A stretch of 64,000 nt of DNA from Oscillospiraceae bacterium (GTDB taxonomy: Bacteria > Bacillota > Clostridia > UMGS1883): positions 9,123-73,122 of the forward strand of contig SVJW01000001.1 in the NCBI GenBank assembly GCA_015068735.1. Direction: 5' to 3'. A program made the translations under genes and the position numbers. Of the stretch, positions 10,256-17,797 are shown one piece after another. The notes under the pieces are model-generated. The model saw only the letters and a list, made by a program, of their open reading frames with translations, searched no databases and was not told the DNA's origin. The first letter of the stretch is position 1. Every line of letters starts with the position of its first letter.

Positions 10256-10660
10256 ATGTTACTGTATAAAAAATGTTATTTTCTTTTTCTTATTGGAGGG
10301 TTAGGTTATCCCATAATAGAGCTTTTATGGAGAGGTTATACTCATCCCAGCATGGGAATTCTGGGCGGCTTTTGTTTAATAGCCATATGGTTAATAAATG
10401 AAATATGCAAAGAGAGGGCTATTTGGTTTCGTGCTATTCTCTGTTCGGCTACAATAACAGGGTTAGAGCTTTTAACCGGCATACTGGTAAACATTGTCTT
10501 AAAACTAAATGTCTGGAATTACTCGGACAGGTTTCTTAATATTATGGGACAGATATGTCCTTTATTCTCTCTCTTGTGGTTTTGTCTGAGCTACACACTT
10601 ATATTTCTTATCGAAAGGTTTCCTTTCTTCAATTTTCACACAAAAAAAGAACGCGGATAA
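10256..10660 (+). CDS. Small polytopic membrane protein (resembles the 'putative ABC-transporter type IV' / CmpB-like family)
   Basis: GAGGTG 6 nt upstream of ATG 10256; the track used an upstream GTG at 10247. Four hydrophobic segments. Confidence 0.55.
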   Translation: MLLYKKCYFLFLIGGLGYPIIELLWRGYTHPSMGILGGFCLIAIWLINEICKERAIWFRAILCSATITGLELLTGILVNIVLKLNVWNYSDRFLNIMGQICPLFSLLWFCLSYTLIFLIERFPFFNFHTKKERG

Positions 10661-10676
10661 TTCCACGTTCTTTTTT
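10642..10676. terminator. Bidirectional hairpin terminator between convergent genes
   Basis: agaacg-c-gga-taat-tcc-a-cgttct hairpin with an A-run upstream and a T-run downstream. Confidence 0.6.
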
Positions 10677-10713
10677 GTACATTAGCTTAATTAAGCAATA
10701 TAATCGAGACTGA

Positions 10714-10893
10714 TTACCAAGACCAGTTGTCGTTCATCTCAGTAACCTGCTTTTCAATTGTTGTGATCTTTGCATTGCTACCAAGCTGAGTTGCAAGTTC
10801 TGCAGCAGCAAGTTCTTCAGCGCTTGTTTCGATTACATCAACCATATCAAGAGCTAATGTAACGATTTCGGGTTTGTTGTACTTTTTCATCAT
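10714..10893 (-). CDS. Small 59-aa protein of unknown function, absent from the ORF track
   Basis: GGAGGT sits 5-6 nt upstream of ATG 10893. The gene starts 18 nt after the stop of the upstream 252-aa gene. Translation: MMKKYNKPEIVTLALDMVDVIETSAEELAAAELATQLGSNAKITTIEKQVTEMNDNWSW. Followed by a bidirectional terminator. Confidence 0.6.
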   Translation of the reverse strand: MMKKYNKPEIVTLALDMVDVIETSAEELAAAELATQLGSNAKITTIEKQVTEMNDNWSW

Positions 10894-10911
10894 TAATTAC
10901 CTCCTGAATTA

Positions 10912-11670
10912 TTAGTTAGCTTTGTTACCTTTTTTAGCTGCATCTGCTTCGTTTGTAAGAACTTCTTCACCATCAGAGAAAGAGAAGATTACATCAACAG
11001 CTGTGATATCAACGGGTTTGATTTCGTTAACTTCAGAACCGTTAAGGAATGCAAGGCCAAGTTCAACGCCTTCAGTAAGTACTGTACCGATACCGTAGCC
11101 GCTTACATTGAATATCTGAGAATACTTAACATGTTCTTTAGCGTCTGCGCCAATATATCTGATTGCCCAGATCATCTTAGTTGCAGAAACGTTTTCGGGA
11201 GCTACTATATCAAATATGATAGCAACACCAGCACCTGTCTGTTCCAGAGCTTTCAAGCCTTCTGCTTCTCCGCCCTCAACAATCTTAGTACTAACGTTAG
11301 CGATAGTAACCTCTGTGATGGGCTTTACAAGCTCAACTGTATCAACCTTCAAGGGAGCTGTATTGCCAGCTTCAGCATATGTAGCATAACCTACATAAAC
11401 ATCAACTGCTTCTACATCAACATTTGTAAGAACAGCTTCAAATGTAGCAGTTCCGCCTACAGCACCAGTCTGGTTAACATAGAGGGGATTGCTAAGGTCT
11501 GCACCTTCTTCAACGATTACAAGAGCTACCTGATCGTTGCCTGCATTTGTAACAGTTACATCGATAATCTTATCGTGGTTGTCATCATTTGCCCCTGTAG
11601 CGAAAGCAACAGTAGAAAAAGCGAGACACATAACTGTTACGAAAGCAATTGCCTTCATGAATTTTTTCAT
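10912..11670 (-). CDS. Secreted protein of unknown function (Sec signal peptide, predicted cleavage AFA/TG)
   Basis: MKKFMKAIAFVTVMCLAFSTVAFA signal peptide; AAGGAGG 9 nt upstream of the start. Acidic, Val/Thr-rich, probably beta-rich. No domain recognised. Confidence 0.75.
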   Translation of the reverse strand: MKKFMKAIAFVTVMCLAFSTVAFATGANDDNHDKIIDVTVTNAGNDQVALVIVEEGADLSNPLYVNQTGAVGGTATFEAVLTNVDVEAVDVYVGYATYAEAGNTAPLKVDTVELVKPITEVTIANVSTKIVEGGEAEGLKALEQTGAGVAIIFDIVAPENVSATKMIWAIRYIGADAKEHVKYSQIFNVSGYGIGTVLTEGVELGLAFLNGSEVNEIKPVDITAVDVIFSFSDGEEVLTNEADAAKKGNKAN

Positions 11671-11693
11671 TGTCGTTTTCCTCCTTAAAAAAT

Positions 11694-11722
11694 ATTAAAT
11701 TAAATTAAATTAAATTAAATTA
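11694..11722. repeat. Pentanucleotide tandem repeat (TTAAA / AATTT), about 5.8 units
   Basis: Read directly: attaaattaaattaaattaaattaaatta. It lies between the predicted promoter and the RBS of the 252-aa gene. Confidence 0.9.
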
Positions 11723-11776
11723 CAACTTTTTACACTATAGATGGAGAAATTCCTACCATAGTATTTACACAATAAA

Positions 11777-11805
11777 ATTATACTCCTTTAACGATGAAAA
11801 TTCAA
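11777..11805 (-). promoter_or_regulatory. Sigma-A-type promoter for the 252-aa / 59-aa operon
   Basis: On the minus strand: TTGAAT, 17 nt spacer, TATAAT. Confidence 0.6.
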
Positions 11806-11942
11806 GTCTTTTTTCAATTTTTTACCGTTAAATTTTTTACAAATAAACTTATTGTTTTCTGTGCATTTTGTATAGCATTTTTCTTTGATTTATTAAATTT
11901 GTATTTCATTTTTTATATATGCACAATATATAGATTTATAAC

Positions 11943-12560
11943 CTATTTACATCTTACAGTAAGCTTTCCGTTTACACCGTTAGGTGCATAAGCTGTAATC
12001 GTTGTCTTTCCTTTACCCATAGCTTCCAGCACTCCGTCCTCACTTACACGGGCTATGCTGCTGTCATCGCTTTTCCATACGATGGGATCCTGCGAATCCG
12101 AGGGAGTTGTGTATGCACGAAGCTGAAACTTGTCGCCTACTTTAATAGTAATATCTTCTTTACCGCCACCTTTTACACCTACTGTAATTTCTGTAATGTC
12201 TGAAACCCCGTCAAACACCTGAACAAAGTTACCGTCAGAATCAACATACCCATCATTACCATCTACAATAACGCCAACATGAACATGCTTGTTGTTTGTC
12301 CTTGCCGTAATGGTGGTAATTCCGTTACTTTTTGCAGTCACCACGCCTTTTTCATCAACAGATGCAATTTCCGAATCAAGAGATGACCAGGCAAGCTTTT
12401 CGTTCTTTGTCTGATATACCTTTACAGCGTATTCTTCATCTATTTTTATACGGATAACATCTTCTTTTACGGAAATCTTGTTTTCTTCAGAACATGAACA
12501 AAGCATAACTCCGGCAACAAGAAGAAGTATCAACGAAATCAATTTCTTTTTCATTTTCAC
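11943..12560 (-). CDS. Lipoprotein with two bacterial Ig-like (Big_2) domains
   Basis: Signal peptide with a Cys lipobox region (LLLVAGVMLCSCSEE). Two Big_2-like repeats: LAWSSLDSEIASVDEKGVVTAKSNGITTITA and IVWKSDDSSIARVSEDGVLEAMGKGKTTITA. Confidence 0.8.
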   Translation of the reverse strand: MKMKKKLISLILLLVAGVMLCSCSEENKISVKEDVIRIKIDEEYAVKVYQTKNEKLAWSSLDSEIASVDEKGVVTAKSNGITTITARTNNKHVHVGVIVDGNDGYVDSDGNFVQVFDGVSDITEITVGVKGGGKEDITIKVGDKFQLRAYTTPSDSQDPIVWKSDDSSIARVSEDGVLEAMGKGKTTITAYAPNGVNGKLTVRCK

Positions 12561-12595
12561 TCATCCCTTCAGTGCATATTATTATTCCTAATTAT

Positions 12596-12624
12596 ACTAT
12601 ACAACTTTTTTTGAATTTTTTCAA
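12596..12624 (-). promoter_or_regulatory. Sigma-A-type promoter for the Big_2 lipoprotein gene
   Basis: On the minus strand: TTGAAA, 17 nt spacer, TATAGT. Confidence 0.5.
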
Positions 12625-12647
12625 CTGTTTTGTTTATTTTTTATATA

Positions 12648-12679
12648 AAAAATAAGCGGAGAAATCTTCTCCGCTTATT
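12648..12679 (-). terminator. Rho-independent terminator after spoVM (hairpin is symmetrical and may act in both directions)
   Basis: aataagcggagaa-atc-ttctccgcttatt hairpin with T-runs on both strands. Confidence 0.75.
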
Positions 12680-12751
12680 TTATTTAATTCTGAATACCGC
12701 TTTTGTAATTCCTGAAAGAAATTTCGGAAGTTTCATTATTACAACCTTCAT
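12680..12751 (-). CDS. spoVM: Stage V sporulation protein M (23 aa)
   Basis: GGGAGG 7 nt upstream of ATG 12751. Translation MKVVIMKLPKFLSGITKAVFRIK. Compare B. subtilis SpoVM, quoted from memory as MKFYTIKLPKFLGGIVRAMLGSFRKD. A terminator follows immediately. Confidence 0.8.
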   Translation of the reverse strand: MKVVIMKLPKFLSGITKAVFRIK

Positions 12752-12774
12752 GATTATACCTCCCGGATTTAAAA

Positions 12775-12924
12775 TTACATACGTATCAAGGTGCAGCCGA
12801 GAATTATTATCAGGATGCCTTCCACCACAGCAAGGATCCAGACAGGAAGCACCAGCGCCGTAAAAATCCCGGCTATGTATGCAAGGATAAAAGCCCCGCA
12901 CGGTCTGCAAGTTTTCTTTTTCAA
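12775..12924 (-). CDS. Small 49-aa membrane peptide upstream of spoVM
   Basis: GGAAGGAGGTG about 9 nt upstream of TTG 12924. Translation MKKKTCRPCGAFILAYIAGIFTALVLPVWILAVVEGILIIILGCTLIRM, a basic N-terminus followed by a long hydrophobic stretch. It is in a different frame from the 90-aa track ORF. Confidence 0.5.
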   Translation of the reverse strand: MKKKTCRPCGAFILAYIAGIFTALVLPVWILAVVEGILIIILGCTLIRM

Positions 12925-12977
12925 AAAACAAGGCACCTCCTTCCATTATCATTGTATGAAAGAAAGCGCCTTATTTG

Positions 12978-15900
12978 TTACATATTCCCCAGTATTTCAA
13001 ACATATCAACCTGTGCACTCTGTGGAATGCCTTTAAAACATCCGAAACTTTTAAGAAGCTCTATATGTGTTTCGCTGACACTTGTACGTTGTTTAAAATC
13101 GTCAATTGAGAAAAATTTTCCATTTTCACGAGCATCGGCAATGGACTGTGCCGCACGGTCACCAAGTCCCGCAACGCTGTTAAGCGCAGGAAGAATTTTC
13201 CCGTTTATATTAAGGTACTTTGTCGGGTGGGACATATAAATATCAATGGGCATAAATTCTATTCCGCGGGCGTACATCTCGTTTACAACTTCCATAATAG
13301 TAAGTGTTGCCTTATCACGGGCAGATGGGTTTTCCATCTGACTGAGGTCACGCATTTTCGCAAGCAGGTTTTCTCTGCCTGTAGCCATCGTTTCATAGTC
13401 GAACGTATCTGCACGGACGGTATAATACGACTGATAAAAAGCAATGGGATAATGCACCTTAAAATATGCAACACGGAGAGACATGGTAACATATGCCGCA
13501 GCGTGGGCGCGTGGGAACATATACTGAATCTTATTACAGGACTCAATGTACCACTCGGGAACATTGTGTTCACGCATTTCTGCTTCATCTTCGGGCTTAA
13601 GTTTTTTACCCTTTCTTACCTGTTCCATTATCTTAAAGGCTCTTTCGGGCGGAAGCTCACGATTTATGAGATAAATCATAATATCGTCACGACAACAGAT
13701 AGCGTTACGAAGTGTACACGTTCCGTTCTGAACAAGAAGCTGTGCATTGTTTGTCCAAACATCAGTACCGTGAGAAAGCCCCGAAATACGGATAAGTTCA
13801 CCCATTGAGGTAGGTTTTGTATCCACAAGCATCTGACGGACAAATTTTGTACCGAATTCAGGAACGGCAAATGTACCCGTTTCACTTCCTATATCTTCAG
13901 GAGTAACACCAAGCGCCTCTGTATTAAGGAAGAGACTCATTACCTTTTTATCATCAAGAGGTATCTGAGTGGGGTCAATTCCCGTAAGGTCCTGAAGCAT
14001 TCTTATCATTGTGGGGTCATCGTGACCGAGAATGTCCAGTTTTAACAGGTTTTCGTCGATACTGTGATAATCGAAGTGTGTAGTTATAATACCGCTTTCT
14101 GCTTTCTCCGCAGGATGCTGAATGGGAGTAAATTCATGAATATCATGCCCTTTCGGAAGAACAATAACGCCGCCCGGGTGCTGTCCCGTAGTGGTTTTTA
14201 CGTTCATTACACCCTGTTTCAGTCGTTCAACCTCAGCATTATGTACATTTATTCCTTTGGATTCAAAATATTTACGCACATATCCGTAGGCTGTTTTTTC
14301 AGCAACGGTACTTACCGTTCCTGCGCGGAAAACATAGCCCTCTCCAAAGATTTCTTCCGTGTATTTATGGGCACTTGCCTGGTTCTCGCCCGAGAAGTTA
14401 AGGTCAATATCCGGCTGCTTGTCGCCCTTGAAACCAAGGAATGTTTCAAAGGGGATGTTGTGCCCGTCCTTTACATAATCTGTTCCGCAAACGGGACACT
14501 TTTTATCGGGCATATCGTGGCCGGAGTCGAAGCTCTCATCATATATGAATTCTGAGTTTTTGCAGTTAGGACAACGGTAATGGGGCTGAAGGCTGTTAAC
14601 CTCAGTAATCTGGGCACAATAAGCCAAAAACGACGAGCCTACACTACCACGGGAGCCTACTACATAGCCCTCTTCACGGGAGTGTTTTACAAGCAGTCTT
14701 GCAATGTTGTAAAGATCGGCATAACCGTTGCCGATAACACTTTTAAGCTCTCGCTGAAGGCGTTCTTCAACCTCTTTCGGAAGAGGATTTCCGTAGAGAT
14801 TTTCCGCCGTTTCACGAGCAATTCGTTCAATATCCTCCGCACTTCCGTCAATTTTCGGAGGGAAGTTTCCTTTTGGTACGGGGCGGATGTTTTCGATCAT
14901 ATCGGCAATTTTATTGGTGTTAGTTACTACTATTTCATACGCTTTTTCAGGGGGCAGATAACTGAATTCATCCAGCATTTCCTGTGTTGTTCGGAAATAT
15001 AACGGAGCCTGCATATCGGCATCGTCATAACCCTGCCCTGCCTGAAGAATTCTTCTGAACACCTCATCACGCTTACGGAGGAAATGCACGTCACCCGTTG
15101 CTACAACGGGTTTTCCCATCTTTTCTCCGAGAGCAATTATTTTCCTGTTAAGTTCGCAAAGTCCTTCCCTGTCCGCTACCGTACCGTTGCGTACAAGGTA
15201 GTCGTTGTTTCCTATAGGCTGAACCTCAAGATAGTCGTAATAGGAAGCGATTTTTTCAACAGTTTCCTCGTTTTCTCCGAAAAGGATTGCACGGAAAAGT
15301 TCACCGGCTTCGCAGGCAGAGCCCAAGATAAGTCCTTCTCTGTGAGCATCAAGCACATCTCTGGGGATAAGAGGTCTTCTGTGGAAATACTGAAGATTCG
15401 ACGCACTTATAAGCTTGTAAAGATTCTTGAGTCCTACAAGGTTCTGTGCAAAAATAATTATATGGTATCTTTTGGTTTCTCTTACAAGGGGAGCACCTGC
15501 TTCGATAAGATAACCCTCGCAACCGTAGAGAATTTTTATGGTTTCGTCTGCCGTATGAAATGCTTCCGGAAACGCCTGCACACAACCGTGGTCGGTTATG
15601 GCAATCGCCTTGTGACCGTATTTCATCGCCTGTTTTACAAGGTCCTTGGCACTGACAACGGCATCCATTGCGGAGGATTTAGTATGAGCATGAAGCTCTA
15701 CTCTCTTTTCTTCTGCATCGTCGGTCTCTTTAGGCATTGAGTATGGTATGATATCCCTTGCCATAACGGTGAGTTCGTGAGAAAAGCTGTCCATTTCCGC
15801 TTTTCCGCGAACTGCAACTGTTCCTGTTTTTTTGAGGACTCCCTTTACCTCGTCTGTTGCGGCAATGGGCACAAAACATTTACAGGTAAGCGATCCTGTG

Positions 15901-16613
15901 TAATCGGTTATATAAAATGAAACAATCGTTTTTTTAATTTTGGGAATTTCTTTGCAGTCTATACCAAAAATGTCACCGTACACCATACACTGTCCGGCGT
16001 AATTGTCAATTTCCTTTATCGGTGTAAAGTCATTGGGGGTAAACGGTTTTCCTATCAAAGCGCCTTCTGTTGCAAAAGAAACTATCTTCTTAGGCCCTGA
16101 ATCCGCCTTAGGCGCAGCAATGGGTTCAAGGGTTGTATCAACCGTCATTTCATTGGTGTCAAATACAATTTTTCTCTTTAAACCGAATTTATTTTCCAAA
16201 AGCGTAGCAATTTCGCGGTCTACTGCTTCTTCTTCCATAAGGTCAAGATTTCCGTGTCTCAGGCTGATTTTCACAGTTTCATCGTCTGCCTCGATAATGC
16301 AACTGTCAAGAACAGCTCGCCATAAAGGATTCTTTTCGCCAAGAACATCTACACAGTAATTGACACACTCTATTTCACGGGAGGAGTCGGTGTGGAATTG
16401 TATATTTAAATCAAACTCCACCAATTCGTAGAATTTCTTTACTTCTTCCTCAAATTTTTCAACATCGCTGTAATCTGCAATGTCGTTACAGATTACCTCT
16501 GCAGATATTTTTCTCTTATTTATATCGGCTTTAATATTCAAAACTTCTGCATTTTCCAACGTTTCTGCGCAAGGCACGTTGGGAAATGCCGTTTTGAGAG
16601 TATAATTTTCCAT
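12978..16613 (-). CDS. polC: DNA polymerase III alpha subunit, PolC type, apparently without the internal exonuclease domain
   Basis: PHP motif RVELHAHT...AITDHG; Zn-finger CPNCKN...CPVCG; DIDLNFSGE; conserved ispG-polC order. 1211 aa, versus roughly 1430 aa for the classical PolC. Confidence 0.9.
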   Translation of the reverse strand: MENYTLKTAFPNVPCAETLENAEVLNIKADINKRKISAEVICNDIADYSDVEKFEEEVKKFYELVEFDLNIQFHTDSSREIECVNYCVDVLGEKNPLWRAVLDSCIIEADDETVKISLRHGNLDLMEEEAVDREIATLLENKFGLKRKIVFDTNEMTVDTTLEPIAAPKADSGPKKIVSFATEGALIGKPFTPNDFTPIKEIDNYAGQCMVYGDIFGIDCKEIPKIKKTIVSFYITDYTGSLTCKCFVPIAATDEVKGVLKKTGTVAVRGKAEMDSFSHELTVMARDIIPYSMPKETDDAEEKRVELHAHTKSSAMDAVVSAKDLVKQAMKYGHKAIAITDHGCVQAFPEAFHTADETIKILYGCEGYLIEAGAPLVRETKRYHIIIFAQNLVGLKNLYKLISASNLQYFHRRPLIPRDVLDAHREGLILGSACEAGELFRAILFGENEETVEKIASYYDYLEVQPIGNNDYLVRNGTVADREGLCELNRKIIALGEKMGKPVVATGDVHFLRKRDEVFRRILQAGQGYDDADMQAPLYFRTTQEMLDEFSYLPPEKAYEIVVTNTNKIADMIENIRPVPKGNFPPKIDGSAEDIERIARETAENLYGNPLPKEVEERLQRELKSVIGNGYADLYNIARLLVKHSREEGYVVGSRGSVGSSFLAYCAQITEVNSLQPHYRCPNCKNSEFIYDESFDSGHDMPDKKCPVCGTDYVKDGHNIPFETFLGFKGDKQPDIDLNFSGENQASAHKYTEEIFGEGYVFRAGTVSTVAEKTAYGYVRKYFESKGINVHNAEVERLKQGVMNVKTTTGQHPGGVIVLPKGHDIHEFTPIQHPAEKAESGIITTHFDYHSIDENLLKLDILGHDDPTMIRMLQDLTGIDPTQIPLDDKKVMSLFLNTEALGVTPEDIGSETGTFAVPEFGTKFVRQMLVDTKPTSMGELIRISGLSHGTDVWTNNAQLLVQNGTCTLRNAICCRDDIMIYLINRELPPERAFKIMEQVRKGKKLKPEDEAEMREHNVPEWYIESCNKIQYMFPRAHAAAYVTMSLRVAYFKVHYPIAFYQSYYTVRADTFDYETMATGRENLLAKMRDLSQMENPSARDKATLTIMEVVNEMYARGIEFMPIDIYMSHPTKYLNINGKILPALNSVAGLGDRAAQSIADARENGKFFSIDDFKQRTSVSETHIELLKSFGCFKGIPQSAQVDMFEILGNM

Positions 16614-17659
16614 TATAATTCCTCTATTTCCTTCATCAGTTCATCTGCCGCATTTTCTATGGGAACTTTTCTTAAGATTTCACCGTATTTAAACATCAGA
16701 GCTTCGCCTTTTCCGCAAGCTATACCGATGTCCGCTTCCCTTGCTTCTCCGGGGCCGTTAACCGCACAGCCCATAACTGCAACGGTAATGTTCTTGTTAA
16801 CTGTCGCAAGTCTTTTATTTACCTCGTCTGCAATGGGAATCATATTCACCCGGCAACGTCCGCATGTGGGACAACTTACGAGTCGCGCGCCGTCGCGAAG
16901 CCCAAGCGATTTCAGTATTTCAATGCCTGCCGTAACCTCTTTCACGGGAGGTGCAGTAAGTGACACACGGAGAGTATCACCTATTCCGTCAAGAAGCAAG
17001 CTTCCTATTCCGATACTGTTTTTTATAACTCCGCCATATTCTGTTCCTGCCTCGGTTACGCCAATATGCAGAGGATAATCTATCATTTTTGCAATTTTTC
17101 TGTAAGCTTCCACAGTAGAAGACACGTTACTGGATTTGATGGAAAGAGCAATATCGTAAAATTTGCAATCCTCCAGAAGTTTTATGTGTCCAAGCGCACT
17201 TTCGCAAAGCGCATCAGGGGTAGGTGCTCCGTGTTTTTCGAGAATTTCCTTTTCGAGAGATCCCCCGTTAACCCCTATTCTTATGGGGATATTACGGTTT
17301 CCGCATTCGTCGGCGACTGCCTTTACACGGTCAGGAGAACCGATGTTTCCGGGGTTTATACGGATTTTATCAACTCCGCCTTTTGCACACTCCAATGCAA
17401 GTCGGTAATCAAAATGTATGTCGGCAACAAGAGGGATTTCCACCTGTTTTTTTATTTCTGCAACAGCTTTTGCCGCTTCCATATCTAAAACAGCAAGACG
17501 CACAATGTCGCAACCTGCTTCTTTCAGTTCGTTAATCTGATTAACGGTTGCAGATATATCGCGTGTATCTGTATTGCACATAGACTGTACGCTTATGGGT
17601 GCATTTCCGCCTATAAGCACTCCACCAACATTTATTTGTTTAGAAACGCGTCTTTCCAT
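16613..17659 (-). CDS. ispG: 4-hydroxy-3-methylbut-2-enyl diphosphate synthase (flavodoxin)
   Basis: Start trimmed to ATG 17659 (AAGAGGTG upstream), giving MERRVSKQINVGGVLIGGNAPISVQSM. C-terminal CPTCGR / GCAVNGPGE cluster motifs. Confidence 0.95.
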   Translation of the reverse strand: MERRVSKQINVGGVLIGGNAPISVQSMCNTDTRDISATVNQINELKEAGCDIVRLAVLDMEAAKAVAEIKKQVEIPLVADIHFDYRLALECAKGGVDKIRINPGNIGSPDRVKAVADECGNRNIPIRIGVNGGSLEKEILEKHGAPTPDALCESALGHIKLLEDCKFYDIALSIKSSNVSSTVEAYRKIAKMIDYPLHIGVTEAGTEYGGVIKNSIGIGSLLLDGIGDTLRVSLTAPPVKEVTAGIEILKSLGLRDGARLVSCPTCGRCRVNMIPIADEVNKRLATVNKNITVAVMGCAVNGPGEAREADIGIACGKGEALMFKYGEILRKVPIENAADELMKEIEEL

Positions 17660-17690
17660 TTTTATCACCTCTTGATTTCGGGTAGTTTTA

Positions 17691-17719
17691 TTGTAGCACA
17701 AAATAGTTTGCAGGTAAAT
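17691..17719 (-). promoter_or_regulatory. Putative sigma-A promoter for ispG-polC
   Basis: On the minus strand: TTTACC, 17 nt spacer, TACAAT with an extended TG. Confidence 0.45.
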
Positions 17720-17736
17720 AGTAATTTTATAAAAAG

Positions 17737-17764
17737 AAAACGGTGACATTTTGTCACCGTTTTC
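17737..17764 (-). terminator. Rho-independent terminator after the SLH protein gene
   Basis: aaaacggtgaca-tttt-gtcaccgtttt hairpin followed by a T-run on the minus strand. Confidence 0.75.
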
Positions 17765-17797
17765 AAAAGAGATTTTAGTTTGTTTTACGAATAGGGA

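Noticed and set aside
10714-10740. The C-terminal NWSW of the 59-aa peptide as a darobactin-like (W-N-W-S-K-S-F) RiPP core
   Set aside because: The match is only a 3-4 residue resemblance, recalled from memory. There is no radical-SAM/SPASM maturase, protease or exporter anywhere nearby. It is too weak to call a RiPP.
11794-11991. 65-aa plus-strand ORF in the intergenic region upstream of the 252-aa gene
   Set aside because: It has no RBS and its translation is poly-Phe/Ile from AT-rich promoter DNA. It overlaps the predicted minus-strand promoter and the 3' end of the Big_2 lipoprotein gene.
12680-12952. 90-aa minus-strand ORF from the track (MIMEGGALFFEKENLQ...)
   Set aside because: Its ATG has no RBS. 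Its 3' end is simply the spoVM frame read through from upstream. A different frame in the same region holds a well-signalled 49-aa hydrophobic ORF. I interpret the region as two micro-genes, not one 90-aa protein.
17660-17749. N-terminal extensions of track ORFs. This is the ispG example. The same issue occurs at 220-258, 6815-6898, 7124-7138, 7746-7892, 20633-20677, 24141-24188, 24469-24537, 32853-32939, 47274-47291, 48073-48087, 56451-56468, 57858-57872, 58167-58172 and 62994-63029.
   Set aside because: In each case an internal start with a good Shine-Dalgarno gives the conserved N-terminus. The extension would also run through a terminator, a promoter or the upstream gene.
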